From Lama glama (lineage: Eukaryota): 64,000 bases of DNA. The stretch is from NCBI GenBank assembly GCA_028534125.1, contig CM052852.1, forward strand, positions 84,506,001 through 84,570,000. Direction: 5' to 3'. Positions 1 through 13,470 of this stretch are shown in pieces (position 1 is the stretch's first letter; the number at the start of each line of letters is the position of its first letter). Position numbers and translations under genes: made by a program. The notes under the pieces are model-generated. The model was not told the DNA's origin, did not search any database, and was given only the letters and a program-made list of their open reading frames with translations.

Positions 1-1139
1 GGTTAAAAATAAACTTGGTAAAAACAGCGAAGTGACTCACAGCAGCCAGCAGGATAGGTTCCAGCAACAAATTCAAACAATACAGCAACAGCCTCTTTCA
101 GCATTTGGCATATCACCGTCTCCTTTCTAGAAAGTTACGTCCTTCCACCTCTGCCTACCGAAACCCTTCCCCATCCTTCAGGGCCCAGGTATAGGTGACA
201 TCTTCTCTGAAACCTTCCCTAATTCCATGCTCCCCCACTCGCAAAGAGATGACCAACAGGGGTGCTGCTCTAGGATGGAGGATGAGGGGAGGCCGCACTG
301 TTCTTAAGTGGCAGAGATGGGATCGGAGCCCTAGTCTAACTGCAAAATCTATGCCCTTTTCCCTGTAAGAGTCTGCTTACTACCTGACATCAAAGGCTGT
401 GTACTCCAATTCCACATCAGCCAAGTCTGAGGAATGAGCTGTAAAGTACACAGAACGGACAACTATCTGAGCATAGGCAACTAGGAGATTCGCTTCGCTT
501 GTGCCTCTTTCTTGTGGCTATGTTCCTCCCACTCCATCTCTTTCCTCTTACAGAAATTCAGCAGCTGCAATACTCAGACTTTTCTCCTGGAGGTCAGCAA
601 AACATAGGCTGAGCAAGGAAACGGTGGTATACTTGGAGGGGCTGCAGGGAGGAGATGCTTGGAGCAGAGCTGGATACAGCTTAGATCAACTCAGGAGGTG
701 CATTCAGGACCCCTTGTTCTGGATGTCTTTGCAGAGGGCCGGGTTGACTAGATCCTACCTTTTGGCGGGGGCGTGGGGAACGGGCTGCTGCAGGGCTGAT
801 CTTTCCAACTGTGGCTGTCTAAGAAACTGACTTCTCAACTTCAAATCTGGATTCCCTCTCCGGCACATACTAGACTAAAGCCAGCCTTTTCCCATTTTTC
901 ATGCTCTGCTCACTTCCACCCTGCACCCTGTGCCTCAGGCATCCCTTTGATCTATTGACTTGGTACTTCTGGAAGTGACAAGGTGAAGTGTCTGAATTTA
1001 TCAGCCTAATTACCCTCAGGGACCATAATCTCCCACATATGCCCTGGCAAAGGGGGATCAGTATGAGAGGAGAGGACTGATGTGAAATTAGACAATAAAA
1101 GAGACATGGGAAACATGCAAGCTCCGGCTAGAATTCTCT

Positions 1140-1490
1140 AGCTAGGTTTCTCAGCGTGTGGCCCATGGACCTCCAGCCTCAGAATCACCTAGGGAGCTTT
1201 TAAAAAATACAGAACCTCAGGCCCTAAACCCAGATCCTTGAATCTGCATTTTAATAAGCTCGCCAGATGATTCCAGCATATGCACTGAAGTCAGAGACCC
1301 AGTGCCTTGATCAGTCTTAACTGCTTAAAGCACTGGTTCTCCACCTTGGCTGCACGTCTCGGGGGCTCAGAAAAAATACTGGCTCCTGTATTCCACTCTT
1401 AGCAATTGTGAGTCAGTTGGTCTGGTGTGGGCCTGGACATCTGGGAATTTTAAAAGCTTCTCAAGTCATTCTAATGTCAACAAATCACTT
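1140..1490. mobile_element. Pair of MER5-family MITE relics
   Basis: cagaatcacctagggagctt and aatctgcattttaataagct (1140-1305), then a second MER5-like copy starting cactggttctc (1330-1490). Confidence 0.65.
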
Positions 1491-1531
1491 AGAACAAACC
1501 CACCTAGAAAAAACCTCCTCCTCCATCCAAG

Positions 1532-1571
1532 GTGCGTGCACACGCACGTGTGTGTGTGTGTGTGTGTGTGT
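1532..1571. repeat. (GT)n microsatellite with purine-pyrimidine alternation
   Basis: gtgcgtgcacacgcacgtgtgtgtgtgtgtgtgtgtgtgt. Confidence 0.9.
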
Positions 1572-2601
1572 AGACATGTATATTTTAAAATTTTCTTCTA
1601 AACCTGAAGTCTAAAACAAAAGTTTTTGAACAGATTTGGGATTTTGTTGGGGATAACCACAGGCTCCTTCAGGAGAAATAAGGGATGGGTTGACTGGTCC
1701 AATGGAGGAAAATAATCATGTCTTATCGCTCGGTCGCCTAATTGCCCTTAACAATCAGGACCACGGCCACCTCCCCAGCACAGATGACCTAGCAATGCCC
1801 ACCTTTAGCACTGTGGCATTTGATACTTGTACCATTCGCGCTTTACCCTCTCTGTTGGCTCCTTTGAGGCTCTCTTAAAATGTGGTGAACAGTGTAAAGG
1901 TGAAGACCTAAGGAGCTGACTTTTGTTTTTCTATTCTCTGTCCCCACCAAAGAAACAAGACTTGCCTGAAGTAGCCTCCAAGTTCACTGCCTCCAGCCTC
2001 ATAAAAGGCTCTCGGTCCATTTATGTGTCTTAGTTCTGACTGGTGAATAGCCATCCATCCTCCTGTGACTGGAGTTGCTGCCTGTTGTCATAGTAGGGAA
2101 GCAATTGTATGAATTACCTCTCATCCAAGTCAAAAAATATGTTTGCCAAAACGATTTCTTCTAGAATTGTAGAAGTGGAAATAGAGTGCACAGAGAGAAA
2201 TTGCATTTGCTCTAAGGGGCTATGAAGGCACCATTCAGTAAGCCTCGAAAAGAGATTAGCAATCTATCTGGTGTGTTTGCACATCGCTTAGTGACACTTT
2301 GGGGCATTTCTGAAGCAATGACAGTCACGGTGGGGAGCAAGGGGAGAGGGCTCCCCGGGCCATTAAGACAACATACGTACTAAATGACTGTGGTTATTGG
2401 GGTGCAAAGCTGGGCCGTGCTCCGCCAACTCTGACCTCAGCTTGGTGAGAACTGCAAAAGCTCCAAAGTTTAATGAAAATCAACGTTTGGATTCCAGTGC
2501 CTGGAGATTTGTTAAGGCATTGTTATAAGCTTCAGGCCAAGTTCTCTAAACAAAATGACTCTCCATATCCTTAGATATATCTTCTTTCCCCGCCCTCCAC
2601 G

Positions 2602-2644
2602 CTCTCTCTCTCTCTCACACACACACACAGACACACATACACAC
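2602..2644. repeat. Compound (CT)n(CA)n microsatellite
   Basis: Directly visible in the sequence. Confidence 0.9.
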
Positions 2645-4451
2645 CCTCACCAAAGAAAACGGGTCCAAGAATGGACCTATACCTTTTGATCCATCATTTT
2701 CCAAGCCAAACTGTGAAAGATCTTGGTTAAACATGGGACACCTTAAATTTTCACTGCAAACTCCCACACTCATTAGCAGACTAAAAATCCAAATATAAAT
2801 TTAATCAGAATATTGTGCAAGAATCATATTGTAACACAGTCACGTTTTATATCACATAATTCTTCTTTAGTGGGCAGCATACCTTCTATGGCATCCTCTT
2901 TTCCTGTTATTAGACAATTGTACTCCCCGCAGTATGCACGATATATAGTAAAATGGACGGTACTTCCATCCACCTCATCAGGAAAGGTAGGAAGTCTGTT
3001 CACCCCCAGTGCTCACCCTTGTCCCAAAAGCTGAAATCTTGGTCTCTGGAGTTATTTCCTGAAACGATCAGACAGAGTAGATGAAAATAAGTGTTCATAA
3101 TGAAGATGCGGATTTCTTGGCAGAAACACAATGTAAATGGAACAAGGAGATGAAGCCCCAGAGAGCTGCCACTCCCTTGAGAAGTGTGGAGTGTAATCAG
3201 TTGGTTCTTAACCCAGAGTTGGTCTCTATTAATCGTGTTTTTTCCTTTTTTGATTGGAATTGGAGAGGCAGCACCAGGTTGGAGAGAGGCTCCACAACGA
3301 GTATATAAAGTACAAGAGGGAAGGAAGTTGTGTCTGGTTTCTCACTGGTCGGCTCCATTGCATGCATAAGAGTCTGACACATCATAAGCAGCAAGGAAGG
3401 ACTTCTGCTCCCATTGTTGCTAACTGGAAAGCAGTATGACCTTAAAATCTGGGTGACAGTTGTAAACATATGCTTGGCTGTTCCTAAAGGCAACAGGGAA
3501 AGGAACAAGACTCCTCCGCTGCTAGCCCGTATCTCCTGGTCTTGGCCCCACTTACTTCTCTCCCTCTGCTCCAAATCCAGGTTGTGTGACTGTATGGAGT
3601 GAGAGTCAGAGCTCCATATCCCAGTCCCGAGCTGGCCACCATGACGGGATGGCATGGAGAAGGAGGTACCGTCTAGGATGGGAAATTTGTCGAGGTATCA
3701 GATGATGGAGAAAAAGGCCAGTCTGCATCCCAGGTGGACTCACTGATAGGCAGTGTGTTTCTAGCCTTACAAAAAGGAAATCCACGTGGACTGATGCCCA
3801 CAAGCAGAGGCCAATGCTCCCACCCAGGCCACCAGAACAAGAGCGTCTTGATTCCCAGAGCCACAGAACAATTCAGAAAGTCTTGGTAGGATCCACATGA
3901 CACAGAGTACCAGAGTCAAAATAATTGGGGTCCACCAAAAAGAAACAAGTTCATAAACGGGTCAAGACATAGCTGGTCCATTTAATAAATGTAGGTGATT
4001 CTTAGGTGCTAGAGAAGATTCCCCCACTCAGAATACTGTCTGTTAAGAACAGCCAATTATTTATTGACTAGAAATGAATTTGACCATCATAAAAGTATAG
4101 GAATGATTTAGAAAATGATTTCTATAAACTAAAAACTTTATTTTAAAGATAGTGCAACAATAACAATAAAAAATAACAGATCTGGAGGGCAGAAAGCGCC
4201 TCTATCTCATGACCCCTATTTTTTTTCATTTTTGCATTTTCTTTCCTTCTCAGACCCCATCTACATTCATACTTTTATTGTATACACAGATGATATTTTA
4301 AAAATCACTTATTATGTCTTACACAAGCAGTACATATTCATAATACAAAAATTAATAGATAAACAAAAAGAAAATTAAGACTGTCTATAATCCTACCAAT
4401 CACAGATAATCATTGTTAGCATTTTAATGCATACTTTCCAATTTAAAAACT

Positions 4452-4516
4452 ACACACACACACACATATATATGGATGTGCATGTACATACACGCACACA
4501 CACACATACACACACA
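4452..4516. repeat. Interrupted (CA)n microsatellite
   Basis: Directly visible in the sequence. Confidence 0.85.
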
Positions 4517-4784
4517 AATGCAGACAGACCCCCAACATCCTATGTAAGAAACTGCCTTTTTGGCTTAATAATAAGATTGTGAACATATTTCCATATTAAT
4601 AAATACATCATAGAAAGATGACTTCTTATGATTGCTCTCAGCCTCATAACTCTAGAATTATTATTATTTTATTATCTAATTCTCAGGGATACTGCATTAC
4701 CAATGTATGAATTCATCCAATCATGATCCATTACCTACTGTGGGCCCTGGGAGTAGATACTGTGGAGAAGTACACACGCATCTA

Positions 4785-4992
4785 CCATTTATCACCTGCC
4801 TGTTAGGTGCCAGGCATCGTGCTATTGGCCCATCGCAAATGTTCTCTCCCAACACTTTAAAATAGATACCATCGTTCCTGGTAGGTAAAGAAACTGAGGG
4901 AGGCCGGGAGAGGTAGTTAAACTGTTCTCACAGCTAGAAAGTGGAGGGGCCCCAAGTTGAAGATACATCCATCTGACCTTCAAGCCTACTCT
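4785..4992 (-). mobile_element. MIR SINE relic
   Basis: gtgccaggca...aaagaaactgagg...cacagctag.aagtgg. Confidence 0.55.
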
Positions 4993-5909
4993 CGCTCTCT
5001 GAGAGATGAATTTGGGTGTTGAGCCGTGGCAGTGTGATATGATTGGAAAATGGACTGGAGCAGTGTGGGTGGGGACCGCAAACCCAACAAAGAGGCTCAA
5101 GTGTGTGATATGGATAATCAATGCCATCAGTGGGGAGAGATTGGAGAGGTCCCTCTTGGCTGGAGTAATCAAAGAAAGCTTCATGGGAAGGTGGAATCCG
5201 AGATGGATCTGGAACGATAAGCAGAGAAAGCACTCTTTATGGGGTGGGGGTGGGGGAGCAGCAAGGACAAAGTCTTGGGGTAGAAATTTAACATTCAATG
5301 CGCTTGGGCTCCTAAGGACACTAGTCTTATAAGACAAAAGGGTTTGGCCTGGCAAAGAGCACAGCTGAAGTGGGGTGACTGCCTGCACATATGGTCCTGC
5401 ACAGTGTCAACGAGAGTCACTCATACTCTGACAATATTTGGGAAGCCAAGAGATGTAGAACATTCTGTTTCCATATGGTTAGTTATGAATTCCAGAACTT
5501 GGAAATCTTGCAACCTTTGGAAAGAACCAGACTACATATTAAGGGATTAGAGTTTGAAATGTCATTTTCCATTTCTGTCCAAATGAGGTTGAGACATTTT
5601 TTGATGAAAAAAATTAAGCTTTCCATGACTGGTTTCTTGCACGGTATCTGAATGATTTGGATCGCCGGTTGACGTGATGGTTGCTGCTAAATGCTGAGAC
5701 ACAGATCAACTCTAATCACATAGATTTTCAGCATGGAAGACAGATTCTGACGCCAAGCGGCAGGAGTTGGGTTTCAGAGTTGAGCATGGTGCTTACATTT
5801 CTTCTTTTGATTAGCTTTGATAACTCCATATCTTTAAAAAGAGGTCTTCTTTTCTGGTGTGATTTGGTGTGATTTGTCTGACTCACCCCTAAAGAAGTAA
5901 TTTTCTTTT

Positions 5910-6126
5910 TTATAATTTTATTTTTTATTGAGGTGTAGTTGATTTACACTGTTAGTTTCATGTGTACAGCAAAGTGATTCACCCATATATCTATACATAT
6001 ATACACATACACGTATATTTTCAAATTATTTTCCATTATAGTTTACTACAAGAAATTACAGTTCCTTGTGCTATACAATAAGTCCCTGCTGTCTATCTAC
6101 TTTATATGTAGTAGTGTGTATCTACT
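5910..6126 (-). mobile_element. LINE-1 3'-end fragment
   Basis: Matches the reverse complement of the L1 3' UTR seen at 16350-16540; T-tail; TSD agtaa(t/c)tttctttt at 5896-5909 and 6127-6140. Confidence 0.85.
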
Positions 6127-7112
6127 AGTAACTTTCTTTTAAACGTCCTATTTGATGGACTATATGCATTCTAAAATTAGGCTACATCTTTGGAAACAAA
6201 CCAGTTTCCTGATTCTGTGTGAAGGTGCCAAATGTGTCTGTGAATTTTTGGCTAGGTGACGCCCCCCAAAACCTGCCATAGCTGCATTTTTTACTTTTCA
6301 ATCAATTATTTTGATGACAGATAGATTCAGTCTGAAGGTAAACAATCTGTATTTGTTCCCCTTCAACTACCCAACAGTGGAGAACGGCTCAAAGGTCATC
6401 CATAAGAGACTGGGTTTGCTTTTAAAGTTCTCTCTGAAACTAGAGCAAGGGAGTGTTGCTCCTGATCCCACCTGAAATGTTTGGCTTGGATGCAGGTGAG
6501 AGGTTCTTGGGAAGGCAGGATGCAACAGAGACTTCAGAGAAGATTTTGGAACTTGGAACTGCCCCAGTTTGTTCTTAGCATCCAACTTGTGTCACTGATC
6601 AGAGCTGGCACTTATTTGCAGAGAATGTAGAAATCTCGTGAGCCTCGGGCCTCTTAAAAAGGGTGGAGGGATCAGTCTGAGATTCACAAGGTGACCCAAG
6701 TTGAGGATTACTTGGGCCAAGGGGCTTGGACTGCTATTAATCCTTGCTGTCTTCAGAGGAGCGGTAGTGAGTCATCTGCTGGAATATGATTAATCCTGTT
6801 TTGTAGGAGTGGACAGCACAGAGATTCCACCCAGATCTCATGTAACATGTGGTCCTGGAGTTCAGCATGCTCTCTCTTTCTGTAATAATTCTTAGCCACG
6901 GAGCCTTCCTCAGAGTTTGAAAAATTATTAAGCTCAGTTCTTGAGGAAGAATGGAAGGGCCAACATCCAAAGCTCAATCTTGGAGACCACATACCAACGG
7001 CCCCCCCAGTCCAAATCTTTCCATTTCATACAAGCAGTACTCTCAGAAGTTGGCTCTCCCTATCAATCCAATCAGTGTGATTCTCTAATCTAGGAGTTAA
7101 AATATCTGAAAT

Positions 7113-7290
7113 CAAGTTCTGACCCTCATTAGCTGTGTGACCCTGAGCAAGTCATTTCAGTTCTCTGGGTCTCCATTCTTCTCATCTCTGAAGTGGACAT
7201 CTATGCCCTGCACAGCCATCAGTGCTGCTGTGACTACCAAATGAGATGACGTACATATGAGAGTACTTCAAGAACCGCATATCATAACAA
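7113..7290 (+). mobile_element. MIR SINE relic
   Basis: Core ttagctgtgtgaccctgagcaagtca.tt...ttctcatct. Confidence 0.65.
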
Positions 7291-7331
7291 GGACAAGAGA
7301 TTATTATAATTACTTTGGTTTTGTAGGATAT

Positions 7332-7831
7332 NNNNNNNNNNNNNNNNNNNNNNNNNNNNNNNNNNNNNNNNNNNNNNNNNNNNNNNNNNNNNNNNNNNNN
7401 NNNNNNNNNNNNNNNNNNNNNNNNNNNNNNNNNNNNNNNNNNNNNNNNNNNNNNNNNNNNNNNNNNNNNNNNNNNNNNNNNNNNNNNNNNNNNNNNNNNN
7501 NNNNNNNNNNNNNNNNNNNNNNNNNNNNNNNNNNNNNNNNNNNNNNNNNNNNNNNNNNNNNNNNNNNNNNNNNNNNNNNNNNNNNNNNNNNNNNNNNNNN
7601 NNNNNNNNNNNNNNNNNNNNNNNNNNNNNNNNNNNNNNNNNNNNNNNNNNNNNNNNNNNNNNNNNNNNNNNNNNNNNNNNNNNNNNNNNNNNNNNNNNNN
7701 NNNNNNNNNNNNNNNNNNNNNNNNNNNNNNNNNNNNNNNNNNNNNNNNNNNNNNNNNNNNNNNNNNNNNNNNNNNNNNNNNNNNNNNNNNNNNNNNNNNN
7801 NNNNNNNNNNNNNNNNNNNNNNNNNNNNNNN
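7332..7831. other. N-run (500 nt)
   Basis: Directly visible in the sequence. Confidence 0.99.
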
Positions 7832-10800
7832 TGAAATACAGAGATGTTCAAAATCTCAGAGAAAATGCAACCAAATTATAATTGTTTTTAACACAATGTC
7901 CCAAAAACGTTCAAGAAAGAAAATATTCCTTTAGTTTTAAATGCCTGTTAAATTCTGCACATGGGGTGTGTGTGTGCGTGTGTGTGTATGCATGCGCATG
8001 TGTTTTAAATGCTCTTCTTTGGAAATTAGAATGACTTAATTAACAAAAAGTGGACTGATACAAATCTGCACATTAAAGTGGGTTGGAAAGAGATCTTGTG
8101 GGTAGAATTTCCTTTCTGGGGGAATGAGAGCAAGAGAATTAAAAATGCAAAAAATGGAGCTTCACTCTGCTGGGATCCACCAGCAAAACTGGACCGTCCT
8201 GTTCTTGCTGCTTCTGTTCAAAGTCAGAAGACAAAGAGACATAGAGCCTGGGTTCTCCCTCTTCTGCTTGGAGAACGATAGTGTGGTACGTTGTGGCCCC
8301 ACAGCGCCTTCCCATTGGATGTGCTCCTCCATACAACCCTGTTATAATGCCCATTTCACAGATGAGAACACAGAGGCTCAGAGTCAAAGAGGTCAAGCAG
8401 CCGGTCAGGGGAAGAGCAGAGCCACAAACGCACATCGCCTGGCACCTTACTGCTATCTCTATGGAGCCTGGACCTGAATGTCTTGATTACTTCCCACGGG
8501 AGACAAAGCAGGAGATATCAAGCTAGTCCAGCATGGCTGTCAGCTATGACAAGACAGCTCTCCTCAACATAGCTGAAGCCTTTTGGAGTATTCACTTTTA
8601 TACGTGGCTCTTGTCTTAGACTAAATTAAACCTGGAAAGCGTCGCTCTCCATTACTCTAAGTAGCAACAACCTTGACCTTGACTTCTCCCTTTACTAGCC
8701 TGTTGCCTGTCTGGCAGGGGCAAGACCATGGTATTGCTAAACAGCTGGGAACTATGTGTGTTTTAGGACTTCCCACTACTAGAAGGCCCGGAGAGGCCCT
8801 TTTTAAAGAGGCCAGGCTCTGATAATCAGTACTCGGTGGACCGAGAATGTCTTTGTGTGATGGAGTATTGCTTTTCCTTGTAGGATTTGCTAAGCAAAGG
8901 AGAGGATGCAGTCGTGTCAGAAGTGATCTATCTTTTCTTACTCGGCCTTATGGGAAGGATGCTCACTCCTCTTCCTGGCCCGAAACACAGGGAAACAAAC
9001 ACGTTGTGAATGTCCAAATGGCAGGCATAATCCTGCCTCTTTATCCAAAGGGATGTTTGCGGAACAGTGATGAGAGTCTGCTTTGTTTTCCCCACCCCAC
9101 CCCCAGCCCCCTTGGCTGATTTCATAAAGGAAAAAAGGGAGGAGACAAGTCTGTCAGGATTTCTCAAATGAAAAACACGTCCACACTGACAGAAATAGAC
9201 TGTTTTCTATTAAGGAATCTGGTCATGGTAACAATTATATTTTTGAATTTATCATCATGTTTATAAAATGATACTCAAGAAAAGATTATAAGAGAAGATT
9301 TTGCGAAGGAATTCCTTCAGCCCAGTTCTCTTTGGGAATGCCTCTAAAAAGTAACATTAGCCGTATTGCTGAAGTTTTTCTGTTGAACTTCTGTGGGGAG
9401 ATTTTTATAACGGTTGCAAATTGAAGGAGCGGGTCATTGTCTGTTTTCCAATTTGTGATATTAGTGTTTTCTGTTTATTAAGTTCTCCATGCCACCTAGT
9501 GTTTATCTGAAGAAATATCAGATTCTTAGGAAATCTCCCCAATCGTGGGTGGGACTTCAAGCTCAGGCTGTAACTCTGTTACACCTATATGCACAGACAC
9601 GCTATGTGTGACATCCCAAATGGATGAAAAGTTTGCAGTAGTCTTCATCATTTCATGATTAAACATCAGTGCTAATGACTAAATTCTTCTCCCTGAAGAA
9701 AGCGTAGGCTTTTCGCTTCTGTGGGATACGCTGACATCAAACTCCTATAACAATCATGGTGGAAGACTTTCTAGAACATTCGTCTACACCTGACCCACTG
9801 CTCTACCAGGAAACTCTTGTCTACAATGCAGTATTTCACAAGAACTTCCCTGGAACTTAACTTTGCTCTTCCTTTTTTTTTTTTTTTTCCTTTTAAGGTA
9901 TCTAAACTATGTGGCAAGAAAGGCAGGAGGGGCCTGAAAACTGTTCCGAACCTGTGTGTTTGCCTCTGTGTGGCGGCAGCGAGCCCCAGGAGGCAGTGGG
10001 ACTTGCGGCTCAGAGAGTTCTAGCTGGAAGGGCTTGATGGAATTCCACCTCCTCCTTGTCCTTGTCCAAAAACAACAAACTCTAACAAACAATGCCCATG
10101 ATGTTGGCAGTAACAAAGCTACCCTTTTTGAAATCTGTGTTCTATCATTGGCCTTCGATGATTACCAGGGCCTTCGAAATGCCACCAAAAGTTGAGTGAG
10201 GACGAGAAGGGGGTGGGGGTGGGGAACAGAGCCACGGGAACTGAGACCGGGTTTCCAAAGGGACCCTGGCAACCCTGCAGAGGCCCTGCTCTGGGTTTCT
10301 GGAAAGTGGTGGTTGTCATAATTCTGGCAAACCCATGTCTTGTATTTTATGCAACAGTCCCAATTTCAAATATTTCCCCTGGTCGCTGATGTAAGCACGC
10401 TTGGCTCCGTTGCACCGTGGCTCCAGATTTCTTCTTTTTTTTTGAGAGAAGTACTTCAAAATATGCTCACCCTCTTTTTAGAGCTGAGGTCTCATAAACA
10501 GTCCTGTTTCTGCCACCCTTTGGTGAACTTATTCACAGTTGTCACTTCCTGCAGGGCCACAGCTTGTTGGGGGAGTCGGGGCTGAGGAAGTCAGCTGGAG
10601 GCATGAAGAGTTGGCAACCTTGAACTTCACATTTGGAGTCTATAAAGCACATTTGCTTTGGGCTAGTAAACATGAAGTGGATCTTAATTCGGGGTTTTTT
10701 TGGGGGGTTCCCCTCCGTTTGCCAATCTGGACAGTCTACAAATCTTACTGCAACAGACAAAACACCATTAGCGTGACCTCATTAAAACCCATCTGCAGGG

Positions 10801-11392
10801 AGCCAGAGAGCCAATGGTCAGAAACGTCTCCACGCCAGGCCCGGAGGATCTCACCGGGAGGTGAGAGCTACATTTGACAGACTCCGCAGGCATGAGAGTT
10901 CTTGTCAGTTTTGCAGAGAAAGGCCAACATCCATGCTGACCAGGCGACTTAGTCCATGTCCTGAACTGGAACTCTGTCACTATAACATGGATCTTTCGAG
11001 TTTTGTTCAACGCACTGCAAATGGGGAATAAGAGGCCAGCTCGAGGGGAGGGGCTGGTGGTAAAGTGGGATGGAGGGGGAAGCCGAAGAAAGAGAAAGGA
11101 AAAGAGGAAGAAGCCAAAGAAAGAGAAAGGAAAAGAAGGGCAGAAGGAGCTGGAAGTGGAAAGGGGCAGAGGAAGGACTTACAGGGCACTGCGGGAGGAG
11201 GTCAGAACTGAGAGACTCTTCCAACCAAACCCTCAGGGTCAGGGCAGGCGCGGGCAAGATGGGGAAGGAGGCCAGTGTGAGTGGGGCCTCCCAGACCTGG
11301 AAGCCACATCCCTCCAAGTCTCTCTAGCCTAACTGAAGAAAAAGTAAATGAGTTTGCTTCTACTTTGTTTTAATTTCTTTGAGTTGCACCAT

Positions 11393-11896
11393 TGTAATAG
11401 GGAAGAACAAATCTGACTCCATATTAGATCTGTTCCTTTAGCTCTACCCTGTGCTGAGTCATGCTGGTTCTGCATCTTCTGTAAAAGAATGTTACCTATA
11501 GCCTGAAATGTACATGATAGCCCATTATTAAGGCTCTGACCTTGAAGGGTAGAACACTCTTCCATTCATATAGAGATAAAAAGTTGCAGAACAGAGAACA
11601 ACATTTGTCTTGTTGGAGGTTTGCAGGAACACAGTGACCTGACCTAGGTGCACAACTGCAAGAACAAAGGATTCTGACACCAAGAAGTTTGCAACAATCA
11701 ACCATACCCCCTCCCCTTTTTAGTATAAAAGGAGCCTGAATTCTGATTTGGGGAAAGTGGTTCTCCAGGACACTAGTCCTCCATCTTCTCAGTCTGCCTG
11801 CTTTCCAAATCAAGTCATCATTCCTTCCCCAACACCTCGCCTCCCAATTTATTGGCCTGTTGTGTGATGAGCAGAACAAGTTTGGATTAGATAATA
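11393..11896 (+). mobile_element. Solo ERV1-class LTR (~500 bp)
   Basis: Starts TGtaataggg; TATAAAA at 11724-11730; degenerate poly(A) signal aatcaa at 11808-11813; typical U5 end (ttattggcctgt.gtg.ga.gagcag); imperfect 4-bp TSD ccat/tcat. Confidence 0.75.
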
Positions 11897-13339
11897 TCAT
11901 CACCACCGTAATCACTCTCTCTCTTTCTCTTTTAATGAATCTCTTTCCTGCCCTTCCTCCTGGGCTCTCATCTCATTAGCATGCTCCTCCCACCCCATAT
12001 GTTTCTTCCTTTCTTTCTTCTTTCCCCCTCTGGAAGTTCCCCCAAGTACTTTCTGATCCAGGGAGATTCCAGTCATCACTTCCTTCTTACCCTGGGATCA
12101 GTGGTGCCGGGGCCCCTGACCCTCATAGCTGCTTCTTGAGATGACCCACTTCCTGTCTCTTGGCTTCACCTTTCCTGTGGCTGCTATGCCCCAGACAGCA
12201 GGGCTTCCCCTGAAGATAGCTGGATCTGGTGAGTACAGGTGGCTTTGGCAGGATTTGATCTTCTGAGTCTCACTGTGGTGGGCTCAGGCCTCCCAACCTG
12301 AGCAGGAGCAAGGTTTGCAGCTCCACAGCCCAGAGCTTCTGGCACCCTCTCCTCAATTTCACAGTGTAGACCCCATGGCCTACATGGAATGCAGGCCCCT
12401 ATGGTTGGCTTCCTACTCAACCTAAGTGACATCGAAATAACAAGCAGAACAGTCCCAACTGTTATTGTTTTTTTAAAGTGTATTGCAAAGATTCAAAACC
12501 TCTAAAAAACTGTTTCTGGAACTTCTATTCCCTGCACTTAACTTCTCTGGCAGGGGTGGGGGATAGAGGTCCCTTTCTTTTTCCTGCTCCATTATGTTGA
12601 CAAAATAGTTTCATTAAATGTTACCTTAGATGCATCAGGAGTGAGGAGAACCAGATCAAACTCCGTAAGCCATCTCTTATTACTACAGAACATTCAAGGG
12701 AAATATTTGTTGAAAGTAAATTTTCACACCATCAGGAGCACATGAGTCCAAAATGGAAAAACTTGAAATATCCCAAACTTTGACCACCAGAGTCGCTGAC
12801 CTATTCTGTGGGATTTGGCCTGGAGTGAAGTCTGGTTCTACAGAATCAGGAATAAAGGAAAAGGGGCAATTGAATGAGAGGCTTTCTTGGGTCTGAGGAT
12901 CCAGCTGAAGTGCTCTCATGGTCCCTAAAGGGTAGGGAAGCACCAGGGACTAGGACCCAGCTCTGAGGCCCTTATTCAGCAGTCCATTCAGCGGAGCCTC
13001 CAGTTACTGGGGGCAGGGATTGCAGGGAGCAAGGGGTTAGAGCGGAGTGAGGGGAGTCCCTGACAGGTGCACTTTGCAACTGGGAAATAAAGCTCCAGGG
13101 CTTTGATCTTTTCTTCTTGTCCCTTCATGTTTAATCTTGTGTTTCTAATTTCCTTCTTCATTGCATGTTTGACAAACCCAACGACTTCAGAATCTAGGGA
13201 ATTTTGTAAATAGGGTACTATATTTCTTTCTCCCAACCCAAGAGGCTTGGGCCCATTTGACCTCTGTGGTTTTCACAAAATCACCGTGGGCCCCAGAGAA
13301 ATAGCCACATTTGCAAAAGTTATATCATTGAATCCCACG

Positions 13340-13470
13340 CTGAGAGGAGCAGCTGAAATCATCTAGTCCAGCCTCATCATTTTCTAGATGAGGAAACTAC
13401 TGTCCAAGGAGGTTGGGCAGCATATGAAATGTCACAGGCTGAGATCCAGGACTCGCAACTCCTGATGCAG
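13340..13470 (-). mobile_element. MIR SINE relic
   Basis: atcatctagtcca.cctcatcattttctagatgaggaaact. Confidence 0.6.

Noticed and set aside
4822-5388. 188-aa ORF and overlapping ORFs
   Set aside because: Overlaps a MIR relic and a G-run; no recognisable homology or splice structure.
7257-7934. ORFs spanning N-runs (also at 15.5-17.2 kb and 43.2-43.8 kb)
   Set aside because: Artefacts of translating N as X.
10949-11332. Lys/Arg/Glu-rich and complementary Leu/Phe/Ser-rich ORFs
   Set aside because: Products of a low-complexity purine-rich tract.
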